64,000 nucleotides of DNA from an uncultured delta proteobacterium (GCA_963753975.1 CAVWEH010000002.1:684919-748918); one strand, 5' to 3'; shown: positions 1 to 9,800, counted from the stretch's first letter. Numbers and translations: made by a program. The notes: a model not told the origin generated them from the sequence alone.

Positions 1-61
1 TGTGCGGCGGGTGCCTACAAAATTGTGATTTGGCAAGATGCTCGCGGCCCGCTCGTACCAG

Positions 62-457
62 CTAAGGGTTAGGTGCCTCCTTCAATAAGTATTGTTCTAC
101 AAAATCGAGAGAAGACACAAATCCCTGTATCGATTTGTTTTCCGACACTACGACGTGATGGATCTTGTTTTTAACCATCAATTTGGCAACTTCGCCCACA
201 GGGGTATCGGGACTGACTTCAATAGGCTTGTACGTACAAATCTCCCATGCGTGCGCTGCCTTGGGGCTTTTCCCAGTCGAGTGGAAATGAAGCAAGTCTG
301 AAGCGCTAATAATTCCGAAAAGCATGCCCTTCGAATCTACAACCGGCACGGACGATAGGCCGTACGAATTTAGCAGTTCTTCAATGTGCTCGACGGTGTC
401 TTCCGTATTTGCAGTCTGTACGCTTTTCGTCATAATGTACGAAATTGGCTTATCCAT
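62..457 (-). CDS. Standalone CBS-domain pair protein
   Basis: 131-aa ORF with two CBS repeats (SSVPVVDSKGMLFGIISASDLL and IHHVVVSENKSIQGFVSSLDFV). TAG stop. Confidence 0.8.
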   Translation of the reverse strand: MDKPISYIMTKSVQTANTEDTVEHIEELLNSYGLSSVPVVDSKGMLFGIISASDLLHFHSTGKSPKAAHAWEICTYKPIEVSPDTPVGEVAKLMVKNKIHHVVVSENKSIQGFVSSLDFVEQYLLKEAPNP

Positions 458-784
458 TTTGTTTACCTTTCTGTCGGATACCTAACATGTTTGGGCTCAA
501 GCCGCGGCCCATCAGGGCTGTCCTGCCTGGAGCAATATTGTTAGGAGGCGCAACTATTGCGGCTCTTTGTATCCCACGAGAGATTTGATCTTTTGCCAGA
601 ACGTACCTGCATCTGAAAATGTAAGAAGAATTAATATTATACAAGCATGACTTATTAGTGAATGTCAAGATTGAATTTCTCTGCGGCAAAGCCGCCGAGC
701 GTCTTCGATTCATGAGGAAATACTAATTCTGTATTCGGTCACTTGCCCCGCAGCAAGCTGCGCGGCGTGCGCTCGCCAATGAAT

Positions 785-1204
785 TCATTTTTTCAAAAGC
801 AGAAATGTTGCCGAAACACGGCAGATGTTTTTCCCCTTGTCATCCTTAACCAGGCAATCTCCGATGATCAAACTTTGACCTTTTTTAAAAACAGTGGCAT
901 CGGCAATAAGCTCCCCACTATTAACTCCCGCCAGAAAATTGCTCTTTAGCTCGATAGTGGTTAAACCCTCTTCCGGGCTTAATTGAGTCATCATCGCATG
1001 GGCAATAGCCTCATCGGCCAGAGCAACGATAAGCCCGCCTTGCATCATTTTCGCTCCCTGCAGATATTCCGGGCGCACTGGCATTCGAAACCGGGCATAA
1101 CCATCTTTTAAATCAGCCAGAGTTACGCCTAAATAATCCAGAAAGGGATTTATGCCTTTCTGACCATCACAAATTTTTTTCAGGTAGAGGTTGTAATTGA
1201 AAAT
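785..1204 (-). CDS. PaaI/hotdog-fold thioesterase with no canonical start codon for its N-terminus
   Basis: The track fragment 785..1084 has the hotdog core (MQGGLIVALADEAIAHA). The frame stays open 40 codons upstream and reads FNYNLYLKKICDGQKGINPFLDYLGVTLADLKDGYARFR, a typical PaaI N-terminus. The only start candidate is ATT at 1202..1204, 6 nt after AAGGAG. Confidence 0.65.
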   Translation of the reverse strand: MFNYNLYLKKICDGQKGINPFLDYLGVTLADLKDGYARFRMPVRPEYLQGAKMMQGGLIVALADEAIAHAMMTQLSPEEGLTTIELKSNFLAGVNSGELIADATVFKKGQSLIIGDCLVKDDKGKNICRVSATFLLLKK

Positions 1205-1325
1205 AGTTGTCTCCTTTCTCTATTGAGCAAACCACTTTCACAACTTAACGCTTGCCTTGCATAAAATAATATCGCCGGAAAATCAAACCAAACTTTAGCC
1301 GGTCTGCCATAATTTAATGCCGGAT

Positions 1326-2195
1326 TTATGAAGACATCGAGAGGAGGAATGATCGAAGATTTGTTTTTTTATTTTTTATGCCGAGTTTTAAACGAATATT
1401 TTTTCTGTGAAAATCAACAGCCGTCGCCGATATATTCAAATATTCAGTCATTTCTTTAGTAGTCTTGCCTTCCCGGATGAGAGTGGCAATTTGAATTTCC
1501 CGCGGTGTCAGATCAAAATGTTTCGTGGTTAGATTATGCAGAAAAGGCGAGATGATCTCTTTGAGGTGGCTTTCAATTATGCTAACATGCGTTAATTGAT
1601 TATCATTCAATTTCAAACTTTTTAATTTTTCAATAGGGGGAAGAATAAGCTTTTTAACATTAGATAGAATGTTTTCTTCCATGGCTATCTTATCTTCTTC
1701 TCTCTGCTTCAACAAAACTTTTAAGGCTATATTGGCTTCTTCTAACGTTTTGGACTTCAATTGCAATTCTCTTTCACTGTTCTTCAAATCATTCTCAGCT
1801 TTTCTACGTTCATTGCGCTCGGCTAATTCGTTCAACGCCCGGTTAACCGACGGAGCAAGTCTCAATAGATTATTTTTCAAAACATAATCCGTCGCTCCCT
1901 TTTTGAGTAACTCCACTGCCAGTTCTTCCCCCAAAGCGCCGGAGACAAAAATAAAAGGAATGTCGGGATATTGGCTCGAAACAATGTTCAATGCTGACTT
2001 ACCGCTGAACCCGGGCAAAGAATAATCGGCCAGAATTAAATCCGGCAAAAATTCATCCATTTGTTTGGTAAATTCTGCTTTGGTGGCAACTCTTTGAGCA
2101 ACGAAGTTTAACCCGGCTTGTTTTAATTCATCTTCCATCAACTCCGCGTCCGCGGCCGTATCTTCTAATATTAATATACGCAATACTTTATTCAT
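1326..2195 (-). CDS. Response regulator: REC domain, coiled-coil linker, LuxR-type HTH
   Basis: 289 aa. N-terminal receiver (ILILEDTAADAE...LILADYSLPG). C-terminal LuxR HTH (LTPREIQIATLIREGKTTKEMTEYLNISATAVDFHRKNIRLKLG). Last gene of the HK-CheY-RR operon. Confidence 0.85.
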   Translation of the reverse strand: MNKVLRILILEDTAADAELMEDELKQAGLNFVAQRVATKAEFTKQMDEFLPDLILADYSLPGFSGKSALNIVSSQYPDIPFIFVSGALGEELAVELLKKGATDYVLKNNLLRLAPSVNRALNELAERNERRKAENDLKNSERELQLKSKTLEEANIALKVLLKQREEDKIAMEENILSNVKKLILPPIEKLKSLKLNDNQLTHVSIIESHLKEIISPFLHNLTTKHFDLTPREIQIATLIREGKTTKEMTEYLNISATAVDFHRKNIRLKLGIKNKKTNLRSFLLSMSS

Positions 2196-2254
2196 TCGGA
2201 CATCCTCAAGTTTTAATTGGCAATACTTGTTTAATCCATCCTTACGTAAACTGA

Positions 2255-2689
2255 CTAATCGGCATTTACATTAAGCTTAATCCAATAATTTATAATTTTC
2301 TTGATATGATCCGCAAATTCATCGGCATCTAAAGGTTTGACTAAGTAACTATTGGCACCCAATTTATAACTTTCTATCCTATCCCTTTCTTCATTGGATG
2401 ACGTAAAAACAACAATGGGGATATGTTTTGTCCTTTCATCAGATTTTAGTAATTTCAGAACTTCCAGGCCATTGATTTTAGGAAGTTTTAAATCCAGCAA
2501 TATTAACCGTGGCGGCTTAATTCTTTTTGAGCTAAATTTACCCGTGGGATCGAAAAAGTGTTTTGTCGCTTCAACTCCATCACCGAGTATAAGAACTCCG
2601 GATTTAATTCCTAATTCACGAAATGTATCCAAAATCATTTCCACATCATGATGATTATCTTCAACTATAATGATATCCGTATTATCCAT
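2255..2689 (-). CDS. Single-domain CheY-like response regulator
   Basis: 144 aa with receiver motifs (IIIVEDNHHD, LILLDLKLPKINGLEVL, VVFTSS, KP). Lies 8 nt downstream of the kinase gene. Confidence 0.85.
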   Translation of the reverse strand: MDNTDIIIVEDNHHDVEMILDTFRELGIKSGVLILGDGVEATKHFFDPTGKFSSKRIKPPRLILLDLKLPKINGLEVLKLLKSDERTKHIPIVVFTSSNEERDRIESYKLGANSYLVKPLDADEFADHIKKIINYWIKLNVNAD

Positions 2690-2697
2690 TTTTCAAG

Positions 2698-4920
2698 TCA
2701 GTCCCTTACCGGCAGAGAAAAATAAAAAATTGCTCCTTCTTCAACTTTGCCTTCAGCCCAAACACGACCTCCGTGGCGATGAATTATTCTCTGAACAATG
2801 GCCAAACCGACGCCGGTGCCTTCATAATCATCAGCGCTATGCAAACGTTGAAAAACTCCAAACAACTTATCATAATATTTCATATCAAAACCTACGCCTT
2901 TATCTTTTACATAGTAAATATTTTCATTCCCTTCCGGATACCCTCCTGTTTCGATATATGCTTTATCTTTAAATTTTGTATATTTTACAGCATTGGATAA
3001 AAGATTAGAATAAACTTGTTTTATTAATGTGCGGTCACCCCGGCTTGGCGGGATATTTTTAATCTTAAAATCAATTCTTCTATCGGGATTAATGATCTGC
3101 AACTCCATCCATATATCATTGATTAAGCCTTCCATATCCAGTTTAGACATATTAATTTCCAGCCGTCCCAAACGGGAGAAGGAAAGCAAATCGTCAATTA
3201 ACTTACCCATCATTTGCGTATTGCTTCTGATCAAATCAAATTTACGTTTGGCATCGTCATTGAGCTTATCTCTTTGATCTCGAAGAATCATCCTGGTGTA
3301 GCCGTCAATAGCACGTAGCGGTGCTCTGAGATCGTGAGAAACTGAATAGCTGAAACTTTCCAATTCTTTGTTCGTTACTTCCAGTAACTTTGTCCGCAGT
3401 TCAATGAGTTTTTCTACGTCTTTGCGTTCTCGTATTTCTGATTGCAGAGCTTCATTAGTTCTTTGTAATTCGTTTGTTCTTTCTTTTACCCGTAATTCCA
3501 ATTCATTATGCGCCGCCTTTAACGCTTGCTCTATACGTCTTAATTCTGTTACATCACGGGCCGCCGCAAAAATACCCTGCACCTCTCCGCTCTCGTTTTT
3601 ATATAAGGAAGCATTATATAATACTTCGGTAACACCACCTGCAACAGTGCGTAGGGACAGAGGATAGTCCCGGACAACGCCTTTTTCAAATACCAGTTTG
3701 TATCCCTCGTCGGCCTTTTCCGGTTGAGTAAAATAATTGGAAAAATTACTGCCGATCAATTCTTTTCTGGATCGTCCCGTTATCAACTCCGTTGAGCTGT
3801 TGACATCCATAATTTTTCCTTCCGGGCTGATGGTCACTAAAGGATCGAGGCTCGCTTCGATTAGACTTCGGGCATATAAAAAAGCCCTTTTATATTCCTG
3901 CTCGTATTGTTCACGATAATATTTTGCCTGCCGATAACGCCAGATATACGCAGCAACGACTCCAAGAATTAATATTGTGACTATTATGAAAAATACAGCC
4001 ATCCAAAAACGTTCGGTTAAGGAGGCATATATTTCTTCTGTATCAACTTTAGCGACAAGAAACCACGTGGAATCCGGCACCGCCTTGATTGCTGCAAGAA
4101 CATTTTTTTTACGGTAATCTATCCCCTCAACAACGCCTTTCGCTCCTAATACAGCCCTAACGGCAGGTAGCGATGATTGAGTTATCGGATATCTCATCGT
4201 CATAGGTATATTCTTGCTGTAACGCAACTCGTTAAGATACACAACTTCGTTACCATCACGATGTGCCAACAAAGCCTCTCCCGTCTCACTAGGTGTTGGC
4301 CATACTTTAATAGTAGGGTATAAACGTATATTGGGATCTATAATAACCATTACAGTACCAAGGCGTATTGTGTTCTTCTTTTGAATAATCACAATAGGTA
4401 TAGCCATTGACAGAAAAACACCGCTCGTTTTGTCGTCTCTATAGAAATCACTAAAAACTATATTATTTTTTTCGAAAGCTTCATTGATGACATTAGAATA
4501 AATCTTACCAAAATTAGAATTGTATCTATTTAGGGCCAATTTAACTTTCTTATTCTTATCGAGAAGTAAAATGTTTTTATATTGATATGATTTTTGTGTT
4601 GCCGAAAGTAAGGACAAAATATTCTTTTTTGCTTCCAGAGATGACGGATTGTTGAAGAATTGGAATACGTTGGAAGCAAATACATTATTTTCAAAGATAA
4701 CGGTCGCATTAGCGATACGTTCTTTGCGCCAATTGTTGATTTCCCCTACTTTAAGCTCGGCAATTGCAGTCAGTTGCTGACGGGCAGCATTACCAATATC
4801 TGTTTTCTGATCCTGATATACATAATAGCCCCGGACAATTATAAAAACGGAAACTGAGAAAAATATTATTAATGCAATTGAAAGAGTAATTTTGTTTTTC
4901 TGAGGGAGAGGATTTGTCAT
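2698..4920 (-). CDS. Sensor histidine kinase (TM, periplasmic Cache-like domain, TM, PAS, HisKA, HATPase_c)
   Basis: 740 aa. Two TM segments flank a domain of about 270 aa. PAS region (LDPLVTISPEGKIMDVN). H-box SFSYSVSHDLRAPLRAI. N/G boxes (LLSNAVKYT, DKGVGFD, GTGVGLAIV). Confidence 0.9.
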   Translation of the reverse strand: MTNPLPQKNKITLSIALIIFFSVSVFIIVRGYYVYQDQKTDIGNAARQQLTAIAELKVGEINNWRKERIANATVIFENNVFASNVFQFFNNPSSLEAKKNILSLLSATQKSYQYKNILLLDKNKKVKLALNRYNSNFGKIYSNVINEAFEKNNIVFSDFYRDDKTSGVFLSMAIPIVIIQKKNTIRLGTVMVIIDPNIRLYPTIKVWPTPSETGEALLAHRDGNEVVYLNELRYSKNIPMTMRYPITQSSLPAVRAVLGAKGVVEGIDYRKKNVLAAIKAVPDSTWFLVAKVDTEEIYASLTERFWMAVFFIIVTILILGVVAAYIWRYRQAKYYREQYEQEYKRAFLYARSLIEASLDPLVTISPEGKIMDVNSSTELITGRSRKELIGSNFSNYFTQPEKADEGYKLVFEKGVVRDYPLSLRTVAGGVTEVLYNASLYKNESGEVQGIFAAARDVTELRRIEQALKAAHNELELRVKERTNELQRTNEALQSEIRERKDVEKLIELRTKLLEVTNKELESFSYSVSHDLRAPLRAIDGYTRMILRDQRDKLNDDAKRKFDLIRSNTQMMGKLIDDLLSFSRLGRLEINMSKLDMEGLINDIWMELQIINPDRRIDFKIKNIPPSRGDRTLIKQVYSNLLSNAVKYTKFKDKAYIETGGYPEGNENIYYVKDKGVGFDMKYYDKLFGVFQRLHSADDYEGTGVGLAIVQRIIHRHGGRVWAEGKVEEGAIFYFSLPVRD

Positions 4921-5109
4921 GCCCGCGCTACTTTCTTATGTACAATAGGCCTTTATTTATTTTGAGTTATTATAAACTCGAATAACTTTCAATACAAGAG
5001 TGTTTCTTAATATTCACTACGTACAAAAGCAATTAAAATGACTAATAAAAGCAGATTTGCCCCGTGCGCTGACATATCTCAATCTTCATCATGACGGCAT
5101 TACCATATT

Positions 5110-5672
5110 TTACTTATCCTTTATATTTTTGCGCTGGTGCAATGTAACGATTGCAGAAAACGAAGCGCCGACCAAGATCACTGCCCTCAAAGCAACAAGG
5201 AAAAGAGTGTATGTCAATGCGGTGTACATCGCCGACTCAGAGATTTTATTGATGGTCGCATTACGGCCCTCCAAATCGTAATCTGGAAAAACATAAAAAT
5301 AATGATGGGCAATGTCGTCTGTGTCCAGTACAATCTGCTGAATTTTTGAACGGTCCTCGACAATCGTGATGCGCAGCCAGCGTAGTTCTTTGTAATGGGA
5401 AAAGACCAGCAAAATGCTAATCACCGCGGCAATTCCCGCAAGGGCAGGAACCCAGGTTTCATCCTCCATCAGCCGAAAAGAAATAAGAAAACACACGAAA
5501 AATAGATGAAGCAAGAAAACCCGGCAGACCATACCCAGGAAGCGAAATGCGAAAAATCACCCATACTGTCTATTCTTGTAATAGCTGTCGTGTAGGCAAA
5601 GACAAGCGAAACTAACACGAGTCCGAATAGTGTGCCGGCCACCTGGGCCAGTGCTAAAAAACCCTATTCCAT
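5110..5672 (-). pseudogene. Disrupted hypothetical multi-TM membrane protein (in-frame TAG at codon 3 plus one frameshift)
   Basis: ATG at 5670..5672 has an AAGGGA RBS, followed by GAA TAG (5664..5666). The frame then reads GFLALAQVAGTLFGLVLVSLVFAYTTAITRIDSMGDFSHFASWV and shifts near 5535 into the 140-aa track ORF 5110..5532. No family recognised. Confidence 0.3.
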
Positions 5673-5745
5673 ATTAATTATTTCCCTTTTAAAATGCAAT
5701 ATCCTTCCTTATCTAAGTGTCAATCAATAATGCCTTGATCAACCT

Positions 5746-6113
5746 TTACCTGGAGAAAATCATTTTTATCGAGATGATCAGTAAGGCAATGCCGAATATT
5801 CTTTCCCGTGTTTGATTGGATATATTAGTGGCTAATTTAGCACCAATTAGCCGCCAAATAAGAACCCAACGCAGATTAATGCGCAGCAACGGGAAAATCA
5901 GCGTATCCTTGTTTATAATACGTCCATGCGGCAAGGATGCCTATTGGTGGAACTAATAAAGCCAATGTCGTTCCTTGGGCCGTTTTTGGGAAAGGCCAAA
6001 AATGATGACCGAAACCGGTACAACAATAGTTCCACCCCGATACCGATTAATCCGCTTAAGAAACCGGCCAATATTCCCAGCATAATATAAAGCAGGCCCA
6101 ACGACATGGTCAT
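5746..6113 (-). pseudogene. Half-size (4-TM) TSUP/TauE-SafE family membrane protein, broken by about 4 frameshifts
   Basis: Stitching frames gives MTMSLGLLYIMLGILAGFLSGLIGIG|GGTIVVPVSVIIFGLSQ|KTAQGTTLALLVPPIGILAAWTYYKQGYADFPVAA|ALICVGFLFGG|LIGAKLATNISNQTRERIFGIALLIISIKMIF. This is the classic TSUP repeat signature. At least two breaks fall in G- or A-runs. Confidence 0.6.
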
Positions 6114-6203
6114 TCTATATATTGCCAAATATTAAAAAATATTTTCTATGCATGAGCACTCGTCCAATACAAAATATTATTAAAAGTCAGGCAGAATAAC
6201 AGC

Positions 6204-6713
6204 TCACGGGGAAAGAACAAACTGATCATTTCTGTTTTTCGCCCACGCTTCTTCATTATGAGCAGGGTCCAAGGGACGATCTTTACCGTAACTGATCGTG
6301 GAAATCCTTTTTGCATTAATACCTTTTTCAGTCAGGTATTTCCTGGCGGTATCTGCTCTTCTCTGACCAAGAGCCATGTTGTATTCTTCCGTTCCTCTTT
6401 CGTCGCAATTACCCTCTATTTTTACTTTATATTCAGAATTTTTCAATAACCAATTAGCATGAGCGTTTAAAATTTTTCTATCCGCTGGCCGCAGGTTATA
6501 TTTATCGAAATCAAAATGAATATTTCCCAACTCGAATTTCTGTTCTCCCGTGGCAACAAGTGGTGCCGGAGCCGACTTCATCTCTTCCTGTTTGGCATTC
6601 TGCGGCTGCGCAGAATTTTCTACAACTGTTTCTTTTTTAGCACATCCGGTCATCCCTAAAAAAACAGCCACTGCTAAAAGAGTTATAACCTTGAGATACA
6701 ATGCGTTTTTCAT
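6204..6713 (-). CDS. pal: Pal-like OmpA-family peptidoglycan-associated lipoprotein
   Basis: 169 aa. Lipobox LGMTGC. OmpA_C motifs (FDFDKYNLRP, NCDERGTEEYNMALGQRRA). No tolB adjacent, so the symbol is tentative. Confidence 0.8.
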   Translation of the reverse strand: MKNALYLKVITLLAVAVFLGMTGCAKKETVVENSAQPQNAKQEEMKSAPAPLVATGEQKFELGNIHFDFDKYNLRPADRKILNAHANWLLKNSEYKVKIEGNCDERGTEEYNMALGQRRADTARKYLTEKGINAKRISTISYGKDRPLDPAHNEEAWAKNRNDQFVLSP

Positions 6714-6779
6714 GACTTTGTTTCCTCCTCATTTTTTTATCGTTTCACAATCGGACTAGCGCTCATGCATAGTACCAGT

Positions 6780-8240
6780 CTATTTTGACAAAAGCGTAAT
6801 ATACAAACTCGTTCCATTGCGGTAAATCAACATCAGGATTTCCTGATCAGGCTTAACCTTACCGACAATCGTATTGTAGTCATTAATATTCGAGATTTTC
6901 TTTCTGTTTATTTCCATTATGATATCGTTGGCCTGCAATACACTGCTGGCCGGACTATCATCGTCCACAGCAATAACCATGACACCTTTGATGCGTGCAG
7001 GAATTCCCAGCATTTTTTTCTGGTCGGCTGTAATACTTTGCACATGAATACCGATGAACACGTTCGCTGATTCACTTGTTGTCGGAGATAGCTTTGCCGG
7101 CAACTCGCCGATCTGAACAGATAATGTCTTCTCTTTACCTTCATGAAGAACCTTGATATTTACTTCTGTGCCGGGTTTCGCACTGGCGACCATATTTCGA
7201 AACTCAGAAATATCATTGACGTCTTTGCTTCCATATTCCAAGATAATATCGCCGCGCTGGATTCCGGCTTTTTGTGCCGGAGAGTCTTCCGCTATATCAC
7301 TGACCAAGACACCCTTTTCACTCTTCAATCCGAACTGTCTGGCCAGTACGGAAGTCATAGGCTGAATGCTTACGCCGAGCCATCCCCTGATTACTTTGCC
7401 CCTTTTAATTAGGCTATCCATCACAACTTGGACCATGTTGCTCGGAATTGCAAAGCCGACACCCTGATATCCTCCAGACGTGGTAGCGATTGCCGTATTA
7501 ATACCCACCAGTTCGCCTTTAACATTGACCAAAGCGCCGCCGGAATTCCCTGGATTTATTGCCGCATCAGTCTGAATGAAATCTTCATAGTCCGCGATGC
7601 CCACATCGGCCCGCCCAATTGCACTGATAATTCCTGATGTCACTGTCTGGTTCAAGCCGAAGGGGTTGCCGATCGCAATTACACTTTCACCTACTTTCAA
7701 TTTATCCGAATCGCCAAGATTGAGAACCGGAAGATTATGGGTATTGATCTTTACCACGGCCAGATCGGTTCTGGGATCGGCACCGACAACTTTACCTTTG
7801 AATTGTCTCTTATCGGATAACTTCACTGTAATCTCCTCCGATCCCTGCACCACATGATTGTTGGTTATAATATAGCCCTCTTTACCTACAATGACACCCG
7901 AGCCTAATCCCATTTGTTTATATTTTTCAGGTTTATTATTAAATTGATCGCCGAAGAAATTTCTAAATAAAGGATCATCAAAAAAAGGATTCGGAATCGA
8001 TTGGGTGGTTACGGTCCTTTGCGATGAAATATTCACAACTGCCGGTTTGGCAACAGCCGCTAACTCAGACATGGCCCGATCAATCCTGGACAAAAGATCA
8101 ATGGATTCTTTGGAAATATTAACTTCTTGAGCTTGACTGGTTTTAAATATGCCGAAATTTGAAGTAAGAATTGATCCGCAAACGATACCGATAAAAATTA
8201 AGACTGCTGTAAAGATCAGATACTTTATTTTTGTTTTCAT
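6780..8240 (-). CDS. htrA: HtrA/DegP-family periplasmic serine protease with two PDZ domains
   Basis: His/Asp/Ser triad context (TNNHVV, DLAVVKI, GNSGGALV) and two PDZ-like segments. The start is more likely MKTKIKYL (8240) than the track start at 8267. Confidence 0.9.
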   Translation of the reverse strand: MKTKIKYLIFTAVLIFIGIVCGSILTSNFGIFKTSQAQEVNISKESIDLLSRIDRAMSELAAVAKPAVVNISSQRTVTTQSIPNPFFDDPLFRNFFGDQFNNKPEKYKQMGLGSGVIVGKEGYIITNNHVVQGSEEITVKLSDKRQFKGKVVGADPRTDLAVVKINTHNLPVLNLGDSDKLKVGESVIAIGNPFGLNQTVTSGIISAIGRADVGIADYEDFIQTDAAINPGNSGGALVNVKGELVGINTAIATTSGGYQGVGFAIPSNMVQVVMDSLIKRGKVIRGWLGVSIQPMTSVLARQFGLKSEKGVLVSDIAEDSPAQKAGIQRGDIILEYGSKDVNDISEFRNMVASAKPGTEVNIKVLHEGKEKTLSVQIGELPAKLSPTTSESANVFIGIHVQSITADQKKMLGIPARIKGVMVIAVDDDSPASSVLQANDIIMEINRKKISNINDYNTIVGKVKPDQEILMLIYRNGTSLYITLLSK

Positions 8241-8360
8241 ACTGGCTACCTTTCTTCCTAAAATCATGGGAAAAACTTCAAGGGCAGTCCGGAGACTGCC
8301 TTTGAAGAGCTCCCCTGTCCTTATTCGTTCTAAAATTCAATATCTGTATATTATGGAAAA

Positions 8361-8813
8361 TCAACTTCGCACCAGCAATACAGGAGATTTGGCTCTTTTC
8401 ATAACTTTATCGACAACGCCGCCCAGCAAATTTTTCAAAATTCCTGTTTTCCCATGCGAAGCAATTACAATCAGATCAATGCTTTTTTCTTCCTGTTCTT
8501 TGAGTATCTCTTCGTAGGGAATGCCTCTTCTTGTATCATAAACAATTTCTATGTCGGAATGATTGTCCGTAACTTTTTTAACTTCCTGTTGCAGTTTATC
8601 TTTTGCATTTTTTATACTTTCTTTATAAATTTTCTGGACAACTCCTTCATCCACACAATAATCGACTGCACATTGTTGAAACCCGTCATCAATAACATGA
8701 AAAAGATAAATCTTGGCTTTATTTTGTTTGGCAATATCTATCGCCTGTTTTAACGCGTTATCCGCATAAACTGAAAAATCCGTTGGTACTAAGATTTTCT
8801 TTGGTGCAAACAT
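8361..8813 (-). CDS. Universal stress protein (UspA family)
   Basis: 150 aa. KKILVPTDFS ... LIVIASHGKTG ... GGVVDKVMKRAKSPVLLV. RBS AAGGAGG sits 5 nt upstream. Confidence 0.85.
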   Translation of the reverse strand: MFAPKKILVPTDFSVYADNALKQAIDIAKQNKAKIYLFHVIDDGFQQCAVDYCVDEGVVQKIYKESIKNAKDKLQQEVKKVTDNHSDIEIVYDTRRGIPYEEILKEQEEKSIDLIVIASHGKTGILKNLLGGVVDKVMKRAKSPVLLVRS

Positions 8814-8940
8814 AATGTCCTCCTTATCTTTATTTATCGTTAATATTTATGATTATTCTGAAATTTACAATAATGGTTGTTCTGTAGGTAAGTAGTAGGA
8901 TAAAGCTACTATTTCTGATTTCTGAAAAACATCTACCGCA

Positions 8941-8977
8941 AAAGATCCTCCTCTGTATTGGACAGAGGAGGATCTTT
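8941..8977 (-). terminator. Perfect 16-bp hairpin downstream of ferritin
   Basis: aaagatcctcctctgt-attgg-acagaggaggatcttt. On the minus strand it is followed by TGCGG rather than a long U-tract. Confidence 0.5.
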
Positions 8978-8999
8978 AAATTATTCAGGCAATACGTTT

Positions 9000-9536
9000 T
9001 TATGCAACAATATTGTAAGCTACCGGATCAAGCGGTGATCCTGCTGTAAAAACACGTGTGGCTAGTTCCCGATCCAGCATCAAAATGCCTTCTTTGGATG
9101 TTTCCACCATGGCCAGTTCGCGGGATACTTTTTCCGTATTTTTTTCTTCTTCAATCTGCTCATTTAAAAACCAGGAAAGCAGCGGCTCGGAGGTATAGTC
9201 GTTTTCTTCACGGGATATTTTTGTCAGATTATTAATTTTTCCGGTGATAAATTTTTCATGTTCATAGGCATCCTGCCAGGCCTCCAGTGGTTTTTTCCAG
9301 GTTGTTTTAATCTGCTTTAAATCCAGCAGCGTTACCTGGCCGCCTCTGTCCAGTATGTGATCATAAAACTTCATGGCATGGATCATTTCTTCATGCGCCT
9401 GACAACGCATCCAGTGCGCCATACCATCAAGATTCTGTGCGTGGAAATAAGCAGTCATCGATAAATAGATGTAGAACGATTCCATTTCATGTTTTATCTG
9501 TTCATTCATCGCATTTCTTATTTTTTCCCCAATCAT
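9000..9536 (-). CDS. ftn: Non-heme ferritin (Ftn)
   Basis: Ferroxidase-centre residues in context (EMESFYIYLSM, AHEEMIHAMKF, NEQIEEE). The ATG at 9536 is better spaced from GAAAGGAAG than the GTG at 9545. Confidence 0.85.
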   Translation of the reverse strand: MIGEKIRNAMNEQIKHEMESFYIYLSMTAYFHAQNLDGMAHWMRCQAHEEMIHAMKFYDHILDRGGQVTLLDLKQIKTTWKKPLEAWQDAYEHEKFITGKINNLTKISREENDYTSEPLLSWFLNEQIEEEKNTEKVSRELAMVETSKEGILMLDRELATRVFTAGSPLDPVAYNIVA

Positions 9537-9626
9537 CTGCCGCACCTTCCTTTCTTAACTTCAAACCGAATTATCTTTTTTCTTTTTTCAGCCTCATTCT
9601 AACCGATAATATTCCACCGATATTTT

Positions 9627-9800
9627 TTATGATACTTTTTCGACATTTTGTTCATTATATTCCGGCGGCGACTGCAAAAGACCGGCAATGCGTGTTTTGT
9701 ATTCAAGAGCAGGAAAATCTTCTTTCAGTAAATGACCGACTAATTTATCTATACGAAATTGCAACTGCTGCCATCCTTGATCCATTGTGTTCTGATTCAT
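9627..9800 (-). CDS. 57-aa hypothetical small protein (below the ORF-track cutoff)
   Basis: ATG preceded by AAGGAGG with a 6-nt spacer. Encodes MNQNTMDQGWQQLQFRIDKLVGHLLKEDFPALEYKTRIAGLLQSPPEYNEQNVEKVS. Lies 81 nt upstream of ferritin on the same strand. Confidence 0.4.
   Translation of the reverse strand: MNQNTMDQGWQQLQFRIDKLVGHLLKEDFPALEYKTRIAGLLQSPPEYNEQNVEKVS

Noticed and set aside
458-610. The leader of the CBS gene resembles a c-di-GMP-I (GEMM-I) riboswitch (GGCAAAAG...GGGATACAAAGAGCC...CCAGGCAGGACAGCC).
   Set aside because: The invariant ACGCAAAGC core is altered (ATACAAAGAGC). The segment that should form the P2 hairpin with a GNRA loop folds poorly (only AGAT/ATCT). The candidate promoter has a 21-nt spacer. 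This is not supportable without a covariance-model score.
450-713. 87-aa minus-strand ORF in the CBS-thioesterase spacer.
   Set aside because: The composition is Arg/Ser/Asn-rich with low complexity. There is no RBS, and it overlaps the start of the CBS gene, so it is likely non-coding.
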